From: Takakia lepidozioides
Lineage: Eukaryota; Plantae; Bryophyta
Assembly (NCBI GenBank): GCA_030704615.1
Contig: CM060732.1
Location: forward strand, 42,346,001-42,410,000
Length of the DNA: 64,000 bases
Direction of reading: 5' to 3'
Part shown: positions 48,902-63,100 of the stretch, one piece after another
Layout: every line of letters begins with the position of its first letter
Position numbering within the stretch: the stretch's first letter is position 1
Translations under genes and position numbers: made by a program
The notes under the pieces: generated by a model
The model's input: only the letters and a program-made list of their open reading frames with translations
Told to the model about the DNA's origin: nothing
Databases searched by the model: none

Positions 48902-51900
48902 TCACTGCGGACTGCTGTATTGCTGCAAGCTGACCAAACGTGAGTATGCACCATTGGGTCTTGTGATAAGTTCATGGTGCGTGCCTTCTTCTATGATGGC
49001 CCCATCCTGAATCACTGCTATGCTGTTGGCATTGCGAATGGTTGAGAGCCTGTGGGCAACCATCACTGTTGTCCGACCCTGCAACCAGAGAGTAGGATTT
49101 GCAGATATAGGATTAACAATTCCTTGTTCACACATTGAAGAGCTTCCAAAGTTTCTCTTAGTTCTTACCTGAGTGGCTTCCTGGGACACTCTGCCTATGT
49201 GCAAAGTTGGGATGGATTAGAGGGGTGTCTGGGGTTCCCACTGTGCTGACACGTGGGCCTTTTCGTGAACCTGATTTCTCTCATTTTTTCTCTCCATCTC
49301 CCTCCCATGAAAGGAGACATGAACAACCCTTTTCAAGATTGAGAGCACAAGGTTGACAAGAAATTCAATAGCGAAGAACACTCCAGGAACGTTTCAACAC
49401 CCTAGAGAAATTCTTACCTGCATGAGCCGGTCCAAGGCATCCTGCACAATCTGCTCTGACTCTGAATCCAGGGCGCTAGTGGCCTCATCCAGCAGCAAGA
49501 TGGCCGGATTCTTCAGGACAGCCCGAGCAATTGCCACTCGCTGTTTCTGGCCACCAGAGAGCTGGACCCCCCGCTCGCCAACTTGAGTTTTGTACCCTTC
49601 TGGCAGAGCACTGATGTAATTGTGTGCATTCGCCGACTTTGCCGCCTCAATTATCTCAGCCTCAGATGCCCCTTCCCTCCCATAGAGAATATTCTCATAG
49701 ATGGTGGTAGCAAACAACGCTGGTTCCTGCTCCACAAGCCCAATGTGACGACGAAGGCTTTTCAGGTTCAGCTTTCTAATGTCTTTTCCATCAATCTGGA
49801 CCCGGCCAGAGATGGGGTCATAAAACCTCTCAATCAGTGCAATCACGGAGCTCTTGCCCGACCCACTTGACCCCACCAGGGCCAGGCTTTTACCAGATCG
49901 CACCTTCAAATTCAGGTCCTTGAAGATGGGTAGTTCTGGCCGGGATGGGTAACTGAACGTGACCTTTCTGAACTCAATGTCCCCCTTGACAGAGCTTACT
50001 TTCTCGCCCTCTGGCTCATCACTGTTGATCTCTGTCGAGCGGTCAAGCACCTCAAACACAGAAGCCAGGGCTTGACCTCCTTTCACTATGTCAGGGGTGA
50101 GTGCAAGTGTCTCAGCAACAGCAAAGGCAGCAATGATCAGAACCATGAACACTTTGATAACATTGCCGAACTCAGTTGTGTGATCCTTTACCAACTGTCC
50201 ACCATACCATAAGCCCAATCCATAAGCTCCGAACATTGCCAGCTGTGAGAGCCCATAACCCAGGCCAGCCACCTGTCCATCCACAAAGCTGCTTCTCAAA
50301 AAGAGGTTTAGCTGATTGGGATGGTACTAACAGAGACAATTTTTGCAACTGGGTGATGTACTGTGGCGCATTTCTCGTGAATGCATAATCTGTAGGATGC
50401 GAGTTATGATTGGTAAACCCTTCAGAGATAACATTCTTCACATATATAATTTTCTACAGGTAGAAAAGATGTACTCATAAGTCTACCATAGCCTTGTGGT
50501 TTCTACAGAGGGTGTAGTAGCATGAACCACAACAAACCTGGCCTCGCCAAAAGCTCTTTTGCATGGGGTTCTCCAGCTCGTGCTCGAAGAGCCCCAGCAC
50601 TTTGCCCTCTGCATTGAAGGCTGCTACTGTTCGGATGTTGCTCACTGCCTCCACGGCCACCATGCTTGCTCGGGCCTGTGCCTTGGCTACGTCTCCGGCA
50701 AACCCTCTAAGAAACATTTGCTGCAGCAGGCACGAGGCAGAGCATGGAAAAAGCTTAGAAAAAAACTAGACAGGTAAGGCTAATTGACAATTTCTGCTTG
50801 GAGAAGAGCTTATGAGACACAAGTTTCAAACACAGAAAAACAAATCAGAGGGTCAAGTCAAAGAAGAAAAAGAAACTGATACAAGAGATAAAATCACCTC
50901 TACAAAAGCAGCACCAACAAGCACTGGGAAAGTGGCCAGGACAACAAAAGCCATCCGCCATTGTACTATGAAAGCGATTGCACATGTTGCCATCAGCAAT
51001 GCACAATTTTGAACCATCAACGAAATGCGGTCTCCGATTGCCCCCCTCACAGTTGTTGCATCAGATGACAGGCGGGATGCCACCTGCCCACTGTTGTTTT
51101 CATCGAGATCAAACCAGCTTACTTCATTCTGCAGAATACCTGCCCAGCACGGCTACATGAATGAGAGAGATGAAAGGTGTACTGATTAGACTTTGCTTGC
51201 TGTAGCTATGTCAGACTTGCCCTAGACGGGAGCACCTAAGTGAACACATATCAGAAAGTAACCACAGAACTGAGAAAGAGCAAGCAAGGGATAGAAATGA
51301 AATGAAATGAAATGGTACTTTATAATGTCCGCTGAAAGCTCAAAGAGCTTATGGGACAAAATGGAAAAACAAGAAAGAAGAGACAAAACCACAGCCAAAA
51401 GCAGCCCAAAAGCAACTACTGCTCAAGGGATTGCCTAAGGGTCAAGGCCTCATGCAGATAAGCAGCCAAGCATTTCTGATCCTCATAATGGAAGACTTCA
51501 GCGAGAGATTGGGTTCCACGGCAAAGAAGTTCATTTTGCTCATGGGATGCCCAAAAGGCCTCAGGGACACATGCAGGGAAAGAGAGATAACGGAGCCCTT
51601 TGATTATGCCAGCTGAGTCAGAGCATCTTTCTCTCTCCCTCTCTCTCTCTCGAGATGAATTCAAGGTCAGATGGTGGGGTCAGCTGCAACATATGCCCAA
51701 CACCAGATATCCTAAGTTAATCGACTCTATATCTTGGAAACAGGACCGCCCTGTCAAACAGGCTAAGTCCTGGCAGAAGAGAGTAGAAGAGATCCTCAAG
51801 GACCTGGACCTGGATCCGCAAGTCTTGACCCTGCTGGATAAATCTGACTTAGAGGCTGTAGTGTCCTCAGCCATGTCTGTTGCCATGAGATTGTCTGATG

Positions 51901-54900
51901 AAAATGAAGTTAGGCAGAAAACTTCCCTGAACTTGTTTCCAGTCTGTGACGTGGGGGAGGACATCTTGGATGACCTCAATGGTCTACCCACTCTCGGCAC
52001 TAGACTGAAATTTAAACTCAGGGCAGGAAGCCTACCTTTGAACAGCAAACAGAAGCAGAGAGGAAAGGGAGAGTGCAATTTCCCGTTGTGTGGGCAATCT
52101 GAAGACAGTATTCATTTTCTGATACACTGTCCGGGGTTCTCTCACCAAAGAGACGCTCTCTTCAAATCTATTAAGGGAATTGTGCCTGTACCCCTGTTTA
52201 CCAACTTTGAAAGTCTCGAGGCTGAGCCAAAAGCCCAGGCCCTCCTGAGGCCTAGTTTTTGGGCAAATCACACACAGCAGATTGATGCTTGTGTGAAGGG
52301 ACTCCAAAGAGGATATCTGGAAAACCCGGATTAATTCTTTATATGGAGGTAAGTCTTACTACCAACGTCAGCCCCTGACAGAGGTAGGTTCTGTCCCTTT
52401 TGTTCCCGCTCAAACTGGGCGCCGAGTCAATGGCCACAAGGCTACGGCAAACAACGTCTTATGAGTACAATCTCTCTCTCTCTCCTCTTTCCGCCCTGTC
52501 AAACAGGCTAAATCCTGGCGGAAAAGGGTAGAAGAGATTTTCAAGGATCTGAATCTTAGTCCACTAGCCATGACCCTGCTGGATAAATCTGGCTTAGAAG
52601 CTGAAGTTTCCGAAGCCATGTCTATTGCCAGGAAATTGTCTGAAGAAAATGCAGAAAACTTCCCTCAACCCTCAACCTGTTTCCAGTCTGTGACATGGGT
52701 GAGGCCATCATGGATGACCTCAAGGGTCTACCCACCCTCGGCACTAGACTGAAATTCAAACTCAGGGCGGGTAGCCTACCTTTGAACAACAAACAGTCGC
52801 AGAGAGGAAAGGGGGATTGTAAGTGCCCGTTGTGTGGGCAACCTGAAGACAATATTCCCTTCCTGATTCATTGTCCTGGGTACTCTCACCAACGGGACAC
52901 CCTCTTCCATTCCATCAAGGAAATTGTGCCTGCACCTCTGTTTAACAACTTTGAAAATCTTGAGGCTGAGCCAAAAGCCCAGGCCCTTTTGGGGTCTAGC
53001 TATTGGGCAAATCACACACATCAGATTGATGCTTGTGTGAAGGGATTTCTGGAGGATATATGGAAATCTCGGATCAACTGTTTATTCCAAGGTAAATCAT
53101 ACTACCGGCGTCAGCCCCTGACAAAGGTAGTTTCTGTCCCTTTATGTTCCGTTCAAACTGGGCGTGGGGTCAATGGCCACAAGGCTACGGCAAACAATGT
53201 CTTATGAGTACAATCTCTCTCTCCTCTTTGCTTGCCGCGTTATTAGACCTTGCCTTGGAGTACGGATCTGCTATATGGGTTGATAACTCCAACCAGGCTA
53301 AGTCTCTAGAATCCATTCAAGTGGGGGTGCTTAAGGAGTGCATGTCAGCATGCTCCAAAATAGCCAATGTGGCTGTTCGGGGTGAGTTTGGCATCCCTTC
53401 CTTAAGCTCCCGACGAGATGAATTCAAGGTCAGATGGTGGGGTCAGTTGCAACACATGTCCAACACCAGATACCCTAAGTTCATCGACTCTATATCTTGG
53501 AAACAGGACCGCCCTGTCAAACAGGCTAAGTCCTGGCAGAAGAGAGTAGAAGAGATTCTCAAGGATCTGAATCTGGACCCGCAAGTCTTGACCTTGCTGG
53601 ATAAACCTGACTTAGAGACTGTAGTGTCCAAAGCCATGTCTGTTACCAGAAAATTGTCTGATGCAAACGAAGTTAGGCAGAAAACTTCCCTGAACCTGTT
53701 TCCAGTCTGTGACATGGGGGAGGATATCATGGATGACCTCAAGGGTCTACCCACTCTCGGCACCAGACTGAAATTTAAACTCAGGGCAGGAAGCCTACCT
53801 TTGAACAGTAAACAGAAGCAGAGAGGAAAGGGAGAGTGCAATTGCCCGTTGTGTGGGCAACCCGAAGACAATATCATTTTCTGATTCACTGTCCGGGGTA
53901 CTCTCAGCAGAGAAAGCTCCTCCAATCTATCAAGAGAATTGTGCCTGTACCTCTGTTTACCAACTTTGAAAGTCTCGAGGCTGAGCCAAAAGCCCAGGCC
54001 CTTCTGAGGCTTAGTTTTTGGGCAAATCACACACAGCAGATTGATGCTTGTGTGAAGGGATTTCTAGAGGATATCTGGAAAACCCGAATCAATTCTATGT
54101 AAAGGTAAGTCTTACTACCAATGTCAGCCCCTGACAGAGGTAGGTTCTGTCCCTTTGGTTTCCGCTCAAACTGGGCATGGGGTCAAAGGCCACAAGGCTA
54201 CGGCAAACAACATCTTATGAGTACATTCTCTCTCTCCTCTGTGATGTTCCGCTCAAACTGGGCGCGGGGTCAATGGCCACAAGGCTACGGCAAATTACAT
54301 CTTATGAGTACATTCTCTCCTCTGTTATGGATTCATTTCTTCTAAGCTCTTTGGCTTTCCATATAAAGTTTCTTTCTTTCTTTTGTCGCATAAGCTCTTA
54401 GAGCTTCCCACGGACGTTATAAAAGTAGCATTTCATTTCATTTCTTCTGTTTTGTGGCCCCTCTCTCTTTCTTGTTTCTTGTTCCTCGTCCCATAAGCTG
54501 TACTTTCTCTGAGAAGGCCAATGAGGTGTTTATTTAGCGAAATCATGAATAGAAGGCAGAATTTCTCTCATATTGCCAAGAATATTCCAGAAAAAGCCAA
54601 CATTGGTGGGGCCCACCTGCAAACATCATCTCTCGGATGCGCTTCACCAGATTTTCACCCATGACACCAAAGAAAAAGTGTTGGCTGAAGTAGCCAAGAA
54701 CAGCAACACCTGCCAGCCCGACAAAGACAAGGGAATACTGGCCAATCTCTCTCTCCATTTTTTTTTGATCTGGATTGTAGTAAGCTTTTAGAGTCTGGCT
54801 TATGACCATTGCAAATGCTGGGTTCATGAAACCTGAGACCACAGATCCTATTATCCCCACCACCGCATAGGGCCATTCGGGCCGGTTGAGGTTCAGCAGC

Positions 54901-57900
54901 CGCCACATGGATGCAGCAGGGATGGGGTCAGGGTCTGCTTTTCCCTTAATTGATGCCTCTGAAGCAGTATCTGACATGGTGCTATATTGCCGGCTCAGCC
55001 TCCTTCCTGATTTGGAAATGCTTAACCTGGAGAGCCTGTCAGTGACAAAGAGTATGAGTGTGTGTAAAGAGCAAGAGTGAGAGAGTGCACCTCTCTAATT
55101 TGCCCCCAAAACAATTCCAACTGATTAGAAACTTCTAATCACAAGAGTTAGAGGTATGGACGGCCAATCATAAGTAAAGTTGCTACATTTTCTTCTAGTG
55201 CTTTCTAAGAGTAGAAAAATTTCTTGACATTGATCAAAAACTCTTTCATGCGAAGCTTAGATATGGAAACAAATGTAGGATTTATCCTGGTTCAAATAGA
55301 GCATATAAGGCAAGGAAGAGAGTTATTTATTTATGTGCTTGCCAAGCCATGTGGAAACATACCTCATGGGCACAGAGAGAAACAACCCAACAACACAAAA
55401 TGCATGCACAAGAGGCTCCCACCTGCTTGAGGAATCACGAGTGAGAACTGGTTCTTTCTCTTTTGACATTGCCATCTCCTGCAGCCTCACAAGGGCAGAA
55501 TAGGCCCCTCCCGGCCCCTTGCCCAGGAGCTGCTCATGGGTCCCTGTTTCCACGATTATACCATTCTGTACAACAGCGATCACATCAGCATTCCGTATGG
55601 TTGAGAGCCTGTGGGCCACAACCACGGTTGTGCGGCCCACCATAACACGGTCCAGAGCTTCCTGGACTATCTGTTCTGAGCCACTATCTAATGCACTGGT
55701 AGCTTCATCGAGCAGAAGAATAGTGGGGTTCTTGAGAATTGCGCGCGCAATGGCTATCCGCTGCTTCTGTCCTCCTGACATTTGCATGCCACGCTCACCC
55801 ACCTGGTATGCAATCAGACAACACGGAGTTATCAGAGAATTGTCAATGGCTATTCTTTTAGGAGCTCCAATAGAGCAGTAGAGCACTGCTTTATTGGGTT
55901 GGTGACAGACGAAGGGAGGGAAGAACTTCACATTGTTTGGCTTATGTTCCTGTTGCTGATCAGTACCACAATTGACCAAAGGTTTAGTTGGCAACGCCAT
56001 AATATTTTTTTTATGTGATTTGCACAGCTTCCACCTAGGTGAGGCATTGACTCACCCCTGTGTATATCTGTCTTTCACTGTCTGATCTGCTTCCCTCGCT
56101 TCCCTCCCTGAGTCTGACATGGCACTTGGCCACATAGGATTTATTCGAACTGACTATATTGACAGAGTGGGCTTGAAATATTCTATGACCAAAGCAAAGG
56201 AGAGACCTGGGTGTTGTAGCCTTCAGGAAGCTGAGCAACAAAAGTATGGGCATTAGCTGACTTAGCAGCCTCCTCTATCTCTGCATCGGTTCCATCTTCC
56301 TTGCCATACAAAATATTCTCTTTGATGTTGGTTGCAAAAAGTGCGGGCTCCTGGTTGACAAGCCCAATCTGACCCCGAAGCCACTTCAACTGCAGTGACT
56401 TGATGTTGTGTCCATCCAGCAGCACCTCTCCTGGCCAAATGACCACCACCATCTTGTTAGGAATGAAGTGGAGACAAGAGAAGCCAAGATGAGAAACTTC
56501 TGACTAACTTATTTGATAAGGCAAAAGATCTAGCAGGAGAAATTTTCAACCATATCACTGTCCCCTCTCTCTCACACTTTGAGTTGTGGTCACAGGGGCA
56601 GAAGTCTCATATATACAACCGTCTTCATTCCCACTCACTTTACAATTTAGTTCCCCACAAAAATTCTGCACCTCCAATTATCCAAAATGGATACTTTCTT
56701 ACCTGCATTGGGATCGTAGAAGCGCTCAATGAGAGAGATAACGGTGCTCTTGCCTGAGCCACTACCACCCACAATAGCTACTGTCTTGCCAGGAGGGATG
56801 TTCAGGGAGAAGTCCCGAAATATGAGCATATCAGGTCTTGATGGGTAACTAAACTCAACATTGCGAAACTCAATATGACCTTGAACTGCGGGAAGCTCTT
56901 TGCCAGCCTCATTAGTCTCAAAATTGATGGTTGGTTTTTGTTTAATCATCTCGAAAATTCTGTAGGCCCCTGCCTTTGCCTTCCCAAATGCTGTCAGATT
57001 TGGTGACGCCTGCCCAAGTGAGCTGCAACCCCATACATTACAGCAGAGATGCAGTAATCAGTATCCAAGATGACAGAAGGTAAAGAGACACATGGGTGGG
57101 AAAGAGAAGGAGCACCAAGTATTTACATTGAGACGTCTGGAGAAATGAAATGAAATGAAATGAAATGGTGCTTTATAACGTCCGCGGAAAGCTCTTAGAG
57201 AAGAGAAGAGAGAACATTTTATCATAGAGATGGGGAGAGAGAGCTTACATTCCACCAATGATCACTGCAAAGATTGTGGAAAGAGCTTTTCCGCCATTGC
57301 ATACACCACTGCGCACAAGGGTTCCGGCATACCACAGAAGCAGTGCCCAACAGCAGAAGAGAACACCGTAGGTGACCCCCATGCCGAGCCCCTTAGCCAT
57401 ACCTCCCTTATAACCCAGCTTCAATGTTGTCTGAAGGGCCTTTGAATATGATTCCACTGCCATGGTCTCCCCTACGAATGAATAAACTGTGCGCACCTGT
57501 GCAATTGACTGGCCCAAACCCCATGTGCTAGGAATTTTTGGTTTACGTCTCTGTAGGTCTCTCTCTTTCCCCAGGCTGCCTCCTCCCTCCTTTCTATTGC
57601 CCTCCCCTGCCATGAAGTATCTTGACAGCTGTTACAAGCATAGAATGGGAAACGATGCCAAAAAACATTCTAGCCAATTGCTCTGACCTAATTGAGCATG
57701 GTGGAGTAGTACAAAAGGCACCTGTTCAGCAACATTGCCTGCCTCCCAGTAGGCTTTCTGGCTCTTGGCAGAGAGGCCGGTAAGAGAGGCTGCATAAAAG
57801 CCCCCTGCAATTGCAATGGCAGGGACCACAGCAAGAGTGACCATCGCCAACTTCCAGATTGAAGAAAATCCGACTGCAAAGCCCGCAACGAAAGTGGCCA

Positions 57901-60180
57901 TGTAATGGATAAAATTTCCCATCTGCAGAGAGTACCCCTTCCTCTGGTCAACTATATTGCCAATCGAAACGAAGGAGGCAACATCATGCTGCATTCAATT
58001 GGCATCATCTCTCCTATTCTCTCCACTCAACCTACAATCTCAGAAGTTGAGCAATTCTTTCTTTTCACAAAGCTCCTTGACTAGCTCGAAGGCAGGCCTG
58101 TAGTTCAGCCAAAACTAAATCTTACAGCTTGACATATTAAAGATACTAATTCTTTTCAGGGTTGCACACCTTCTCACTAATGGCATCCTGAACCAGGAGA
58201 GTGTCCCTGGAAATGCTGGTAACTACGGCCCCGGTTTTGCCATCCGTGTCAAAGAACCCCACATCTTGTCTCAGCATTGCCTCCAAGTATTTCACACGCA
58301 TTCGAGCTGCCTGGCGCTCGCCCGTCTGCATCCAGCAGGCCACCTCTGCGGCCACCCCGGAAACACCCCATCTAAGTGTGAAAGACGAAGAAGAGGAGAA
58401 TTCATTACGTCCATGTGAGGCCCACAGGGCCTACGGGGACAGTAGACCAACACAAATAGATCAGTGAACCCGAAAAGAGATTGAGAGAGAGAGAGGGGGT
58501 GAGGAGAGAGAGAAATAGATGTGTTCCCTTAGAGTTGCAAATCCGTTGGCATGGTGTAATCTTACAACCACAGGCTGTATATACAAATCCTTCCAGAGCC
58601 AGCCAGTTGCACCGGCAAGAGAAGGACAGACATAATGAACAGTGAGGGGGCTTGATACACTCTGCAAATAGCATAGCCCATTATTCAATGACTCACTAGT
58701 ATAGCTAACAAGCAAAGAGCAGAAGATGAGGCAGACCGAGCCGTGCTCACCTGCCCATGATGCAACCCACACGACAAGTCCCAAGTATAGAAAGTCGAGC
58801 GCATACTGTATCAAGCCAGCCCCGCCCTTCCTTGTCAAAATCCGCACAGGGCAACATATAGAGTGGAAGAGAGTTGGAGGGAAAAACAGGTTCAATCTCC
58901 ACCCACATTTTGTCACAAATCGGAAATCTGAACAATCCGAAATTTCCCTTCTAGCACTTCTCTACACCAAAAGCCGGTGAAGGAAACTAGGATGATTCCA
59001 GAATGCTGCCTGCCTCAACAGTGGATTTGATTTCACGGCACTCTTTGCACGCATCTTCTTGGCCAGATACAACGGACAAGAATGCACTTGCCTTCAACAA
59101 CTGTTGCAGGTGCTCTATTTACAAATCCAGTGCAAAATTCGAGTTCTAGCGAGTGATGTTTGACGGGTGGGCTCTTCCATGTATATGAAAAGGAAAAGTT
59201 ACCTCGTCGTAGTGCACTAGGGCCATTTCTATATATGCGATCAAACCGCACCTTCAAACTTCAAGGTTTGGTTCAGACCCACTGATTTCGCAATGTGTAG
59301 CTCTCTTATTCATGGAGCTGATCACGACTGTTTTTCTCATTGGCAATCAAATTATGGGTGGAGCTCATGCAAGTCGATGACGTACGAGTTCGAAATTCGC
59401 AGTTCATATCTCTTCCTAAGGATGCAAAGTTTGGAATTTGTTGGGTGGCTGATGGATCTGTCAGTGCAGCGAGCTTGCCAATGCTGTTGTGCCGACGGTC
59501 ACCTGTGTCGAGTAATACAATTCCTTGTGTAGGTGGACCTACTAAGTTCTTACGGATACGTACTAGACTTCGTGGTGTTTAAAAACAAGAACTTTTCTCA
59601 GTGGTTGTGAGAGAGAGAGAGAGAGAACCTTTGTCACCACATGTGCGGCTTGGCGAGGGTTGTGAGCGTTGCTGCCAAACCCATTGAGCAGCTGCCCGAA
59701 GAAGAGGAAAAAGACAGGGAGGGCAGCACCATGAGCAATGGCGCCTATCGTGCCCATAGTCATAAGGAAATAGTCAAATGGATCTGCAAATGAAAATAGC
59801 TTGTACAGCGAGACTGCATGCGTGGGCTCGGACTTCTTCTTATCCTTCTTAGGCCCTGTGCTCTTGGAAATCTCCGCAAAGACGTGGAGTGAGGTATCCC
59901 CTTCTGGACGACTGCCTGCCCCCTTGCCAGTTGGAACACCTTTTATCTCCTCAGCACCCCCATTTTCTCTTCCTTCCTCAAGGGATACCCCAGAATCACC
60001 TTGGTTGTTTGCTGTAGGCGTTTCCTGTCTTCCAACTCTAAAGAGAGTTAGCTCTGGCTTGTCGAGAGATTCAGCATGTATAACTTGGGCTAAACCTGCT
60101 TGTAGATTCGAGTCAACCAGCTGCTGTGAATTCGCCCCTCCATCGTGTTCAGTACCTTGCTCTTCGGCAATCACGCCCAT
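48902..60180 (-). CDS. ABCB: Full-size ABCB (MDR/P-glycoprotein) transporter, ABCB1/ABCB19-like, ~1347 aa
   Basis: 13 GT-AG exons: 60180-59629, 58805-58751, 58345-58170, 57922-57722, 57508-57249, 57022-56703, 56430-56207, 55802-55423, 55035-54617, 51139-50898, 50720-50538, 50272-49418 and 49078-48902 (4044 nt, in frame). Two TMD-NBD halves with Walker [19 protein letters not shown], signature (M/L)SGGQKQR and [11 protein letters not shown]. Confidence 0.97.
51294..51620 (-). mobile_element. (CATTT)n-tailed retroposon 3' end with a probable ORF2 C-terminal remnant
   Basis: (GAAAT)n plus the conserved 3' UTR at 51294-51355; upstream minus-strand frame ...[30 protein letters not shown]. Confidence 0.65.
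51651..54323 (+). mobile_element. Head-to-tail array of four differently 5'-truncated LINE (RTEX-like) 3' ends in ABCB intron 9
   Basis: Units ~51651-52487, 52491-53229, ~53230-54240 and 54241-54323 each end TTATGAGTACA(A/T)TCTCTC. They encode [19 protein letters not shown] and CPLC..EDxxxFLIHCP. Confidence 0.9.
54388..54444 (+). mobile_element. Short retroposon 3' end with (CATTT)n tail
   Basis: GCATAAGCTCTTAGAGCTTCCCACGGACGTTATAAAAGTAG(CATTT)3. Confidence 0.75.
57142..57200 (-). mobile_element. Short retroposon 3' end with (CATTT)n tail, in ABCB intron 5
   Basis: (GAAAT)5GGTGCTTTATAACGTCCGCGGAAAGCTCTTAGAG. Confidence 0.75.
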
Positions 60181-63100
60181 ATTGTTTGGTTCTATGGGGT
60201 TGTGTGCACAATGCAAACTGCTGCCCAGGATAAATGGTGTGAAGGGTTCTCCCGATTGAAATTTAGAAAAACTAAGTCAGACCGACTTGCACGATATACT
60301 TGCGGGGTCTATCAATCAAGCGTCTTCATGGAGGTTGCAGTGCCATGCATGCGCCCTCTAGCATCTAAACTTACAGCTATGATTAGTGCAGCTCAGAAAC
60401 AGATAAATTTCAGTCCTACATCTGTTGGTTAGTCAGTTCGTATGGAACCCAAAGTTTAGGAGCCTAATGCCAGGCACACCTCAGAAACAGCGAGAAGTGG
60501 TTGATTCTGGGTCGTACCCTCACACAAGAGAGAATAACAATTTACCTATCCAGAAAGAAAGAGAGGTCGGATTCGGTCTGGCGAAGGAAAGATTTGGTAT
60601 CCAATGACAAGGTGACTAGGGGGGGGAGACTCTAGAGTTTATAGTAATGGGCAACGCATACTCCTGACCCAGCTTGGTATGCTACTTACTCCATCATTGG
60701 AGCTCTAATCTGGTGACATGGATGCACCTGGAGAGGTCTGAGAATGATGTCCACACATGAGTTATCTAAGCAAAGCTGGAAAGACAGCAGTGTTCAAGAG
60801 TGGTAAAAGAAAGAGACAACTCTCTACCGCAGAAAAGGTAATTTGAAAACCTTCCTCTTGGACCCTTGCTCCAATCCTCACTCAGCAATGGCACAAAGAA
60901 AACGACTGATCTCCCCACTCAACAGTGCTCCACAGACGACAAAAAGTCCGAGAGGAGAGATCCAAACATCTCTGAACTCACTAGGGTTCTTTCCTCTGCG
61001 CTCTAATCCTGAGCCATGCAAGCTCTGTACACAGAAATCTGCAGCATCCCACAGAGAGCTACTGAAACACAACGCGAGAGAGAGACAGAGAGACGAAGAG
61101 AGACAGAGAGAGGAGAGGCAGGCGGCTCCGTGATAACCGCTGGTGACTAAGTCCGTTGGTCAACCGCCCACTACCGGTAGCCGGTCGCCGCATCTTGCCA
61201 CCCATCGCGTTCGTCCGCTGCGTCCACGTCGCTCGTTCATCTCTTACTTTTCATTTACTTGCCGCGTAAATTTTAAATTAAAAAAAAATTAAAATTTGGA
61301 TGTTTGTCGGGGAACAGTCGGCTTCTTAGAAAATTACAGAAATAAAAATGTTTTTAAGGTAAATGCATTTTTCCCTAACTCAACCCTAGTTCGCCTGGAG
61401 CTAAAGTGCAACATGAAGAAATCGCGAAGGTTACCAGTCAGACCGGTAATAGCCGGTCATTGTACAGGCTGTTGGGCACTGTCTGTTTTCCAATCTGTTA
61501 GGAATGTTTCGCCAATCTGCTTTTCGATTTCGCCGCTACTCTTGCCTAGTTTCGCCGCCATCTTTCCAGAACCGTGGGTTTCGCCAGGTTTCGCCCGGGT
61601 TGGCTGCCAGGTCGGCGGGCTTACCTACCGTTGTCACAGGGTGCCCGTATACGCCGTATGTATGACACATATATTCCGTATGTATGATCCACAGCGTACA
61701 TTGTATGGTAGGTGTACACGGAGGATCACCTTAGGACCTAAGGGCCGTTTTGTCTTCACTCTTCACATTTTTGGGGTATGAGTCTCTTAGCTGGGGTATG
61801 AATCTTTTTGCTGTAATTACTTGTTGTATGTGTCAAAAGTACATAGATTCAATACACATACATTTCATTACATGTTGGCATTTATGTTAGCTAATCAGAA
61901 TTTGAACTACAACACTTACCTATCTTACTCTAATTTATTCATACATTCCATGAGACATTACTCATAGCAAAAAAGTTGACCACCTGTTTTCACTGCAAGC
62001 AGTGTGTGTGCCTTATGGTGTAATAGGGGTTTTAAGATTTTCCAGACAATATTTTACAATAAATTCAGGGCTTCAAATCCCTATTTAAAAAAAAATGGAA
62101 TTCATTTCAGGCTTTGCACCAAATTACAAATGTATTGTGGGTCTTCAGACCATCAAAATGGAGACAAAGATGATGGGAATTCATAGTATCATTAGAGGGC
62201 ACTGTACTACATGCAGTGATAAAACATTACAAAGATCATCCATGCATAGAGGTAATATGAGCAAGAATCATCCATATAGAGAGTTGATATGAGAGAAATC
62301 ACAACTGATATGCAAAGGCTACTCATAATGCCGGACACTCCAACGAAATAACTCCACTCCTCTCTTCGTCCAAAACCTAGGCACATTCTTTCGATACCCT
62401 ACAAGATCCCTATGAAGTTTCACTTTAAACACGACACCGTGCACCTACTCAGCACAACATGTCACACATGTAACTTATAAAACTATTCATCCAATTTATA
62501 TATGGATGAAATCAACTAAAAGGCCAATATTCACAATATTCGCAAGTCTTATTTGCATTAAAAAACAATTTGCATTTATTTGGGTTGGCGTGGACGGGCG
62601 GGAAGGAGGGCGGCTCGGCGGGGCCGATGCCTTGGTCCAGGGGGCCTCGCGCGCGTGCTTCAAGCCCCCCAATATGAATACCACACAATGGCGGTTAGAA
62701 GCTTTAATACGGCAGGTGCAGGTTTTGGTGGAGTGGAGAGTTGATCATGGTGGTACATTGTACATAGTGCAGCAAGAGGGAGAAGGTGTGTGTGTGTTTT
62801 GGGGACTGAGTGGATCGGAAGATCGCACACACTCAGACAATACACTAACCTGCAATGAAGAAGAAGAGTACTCTGTGAAAGCTCGCTCATGATACTAGCA
62901 AGATGCAAGTTGCTATATTATTAACGGTTTCCAAATCCCAGCAGCGCGAGGATCCCGGAAGGTTGACTTGCTCAATTAGAAGCTGATTCATGCAACTTCG
63001 CGGACCTGCACCTGTACAGAAAGTTGAATAAGCTTGTCACTTATTACTATAGATGTATTCAGGGGAGCGACCAGCTCCCTCCAGTAGCTATCTCTATCTA

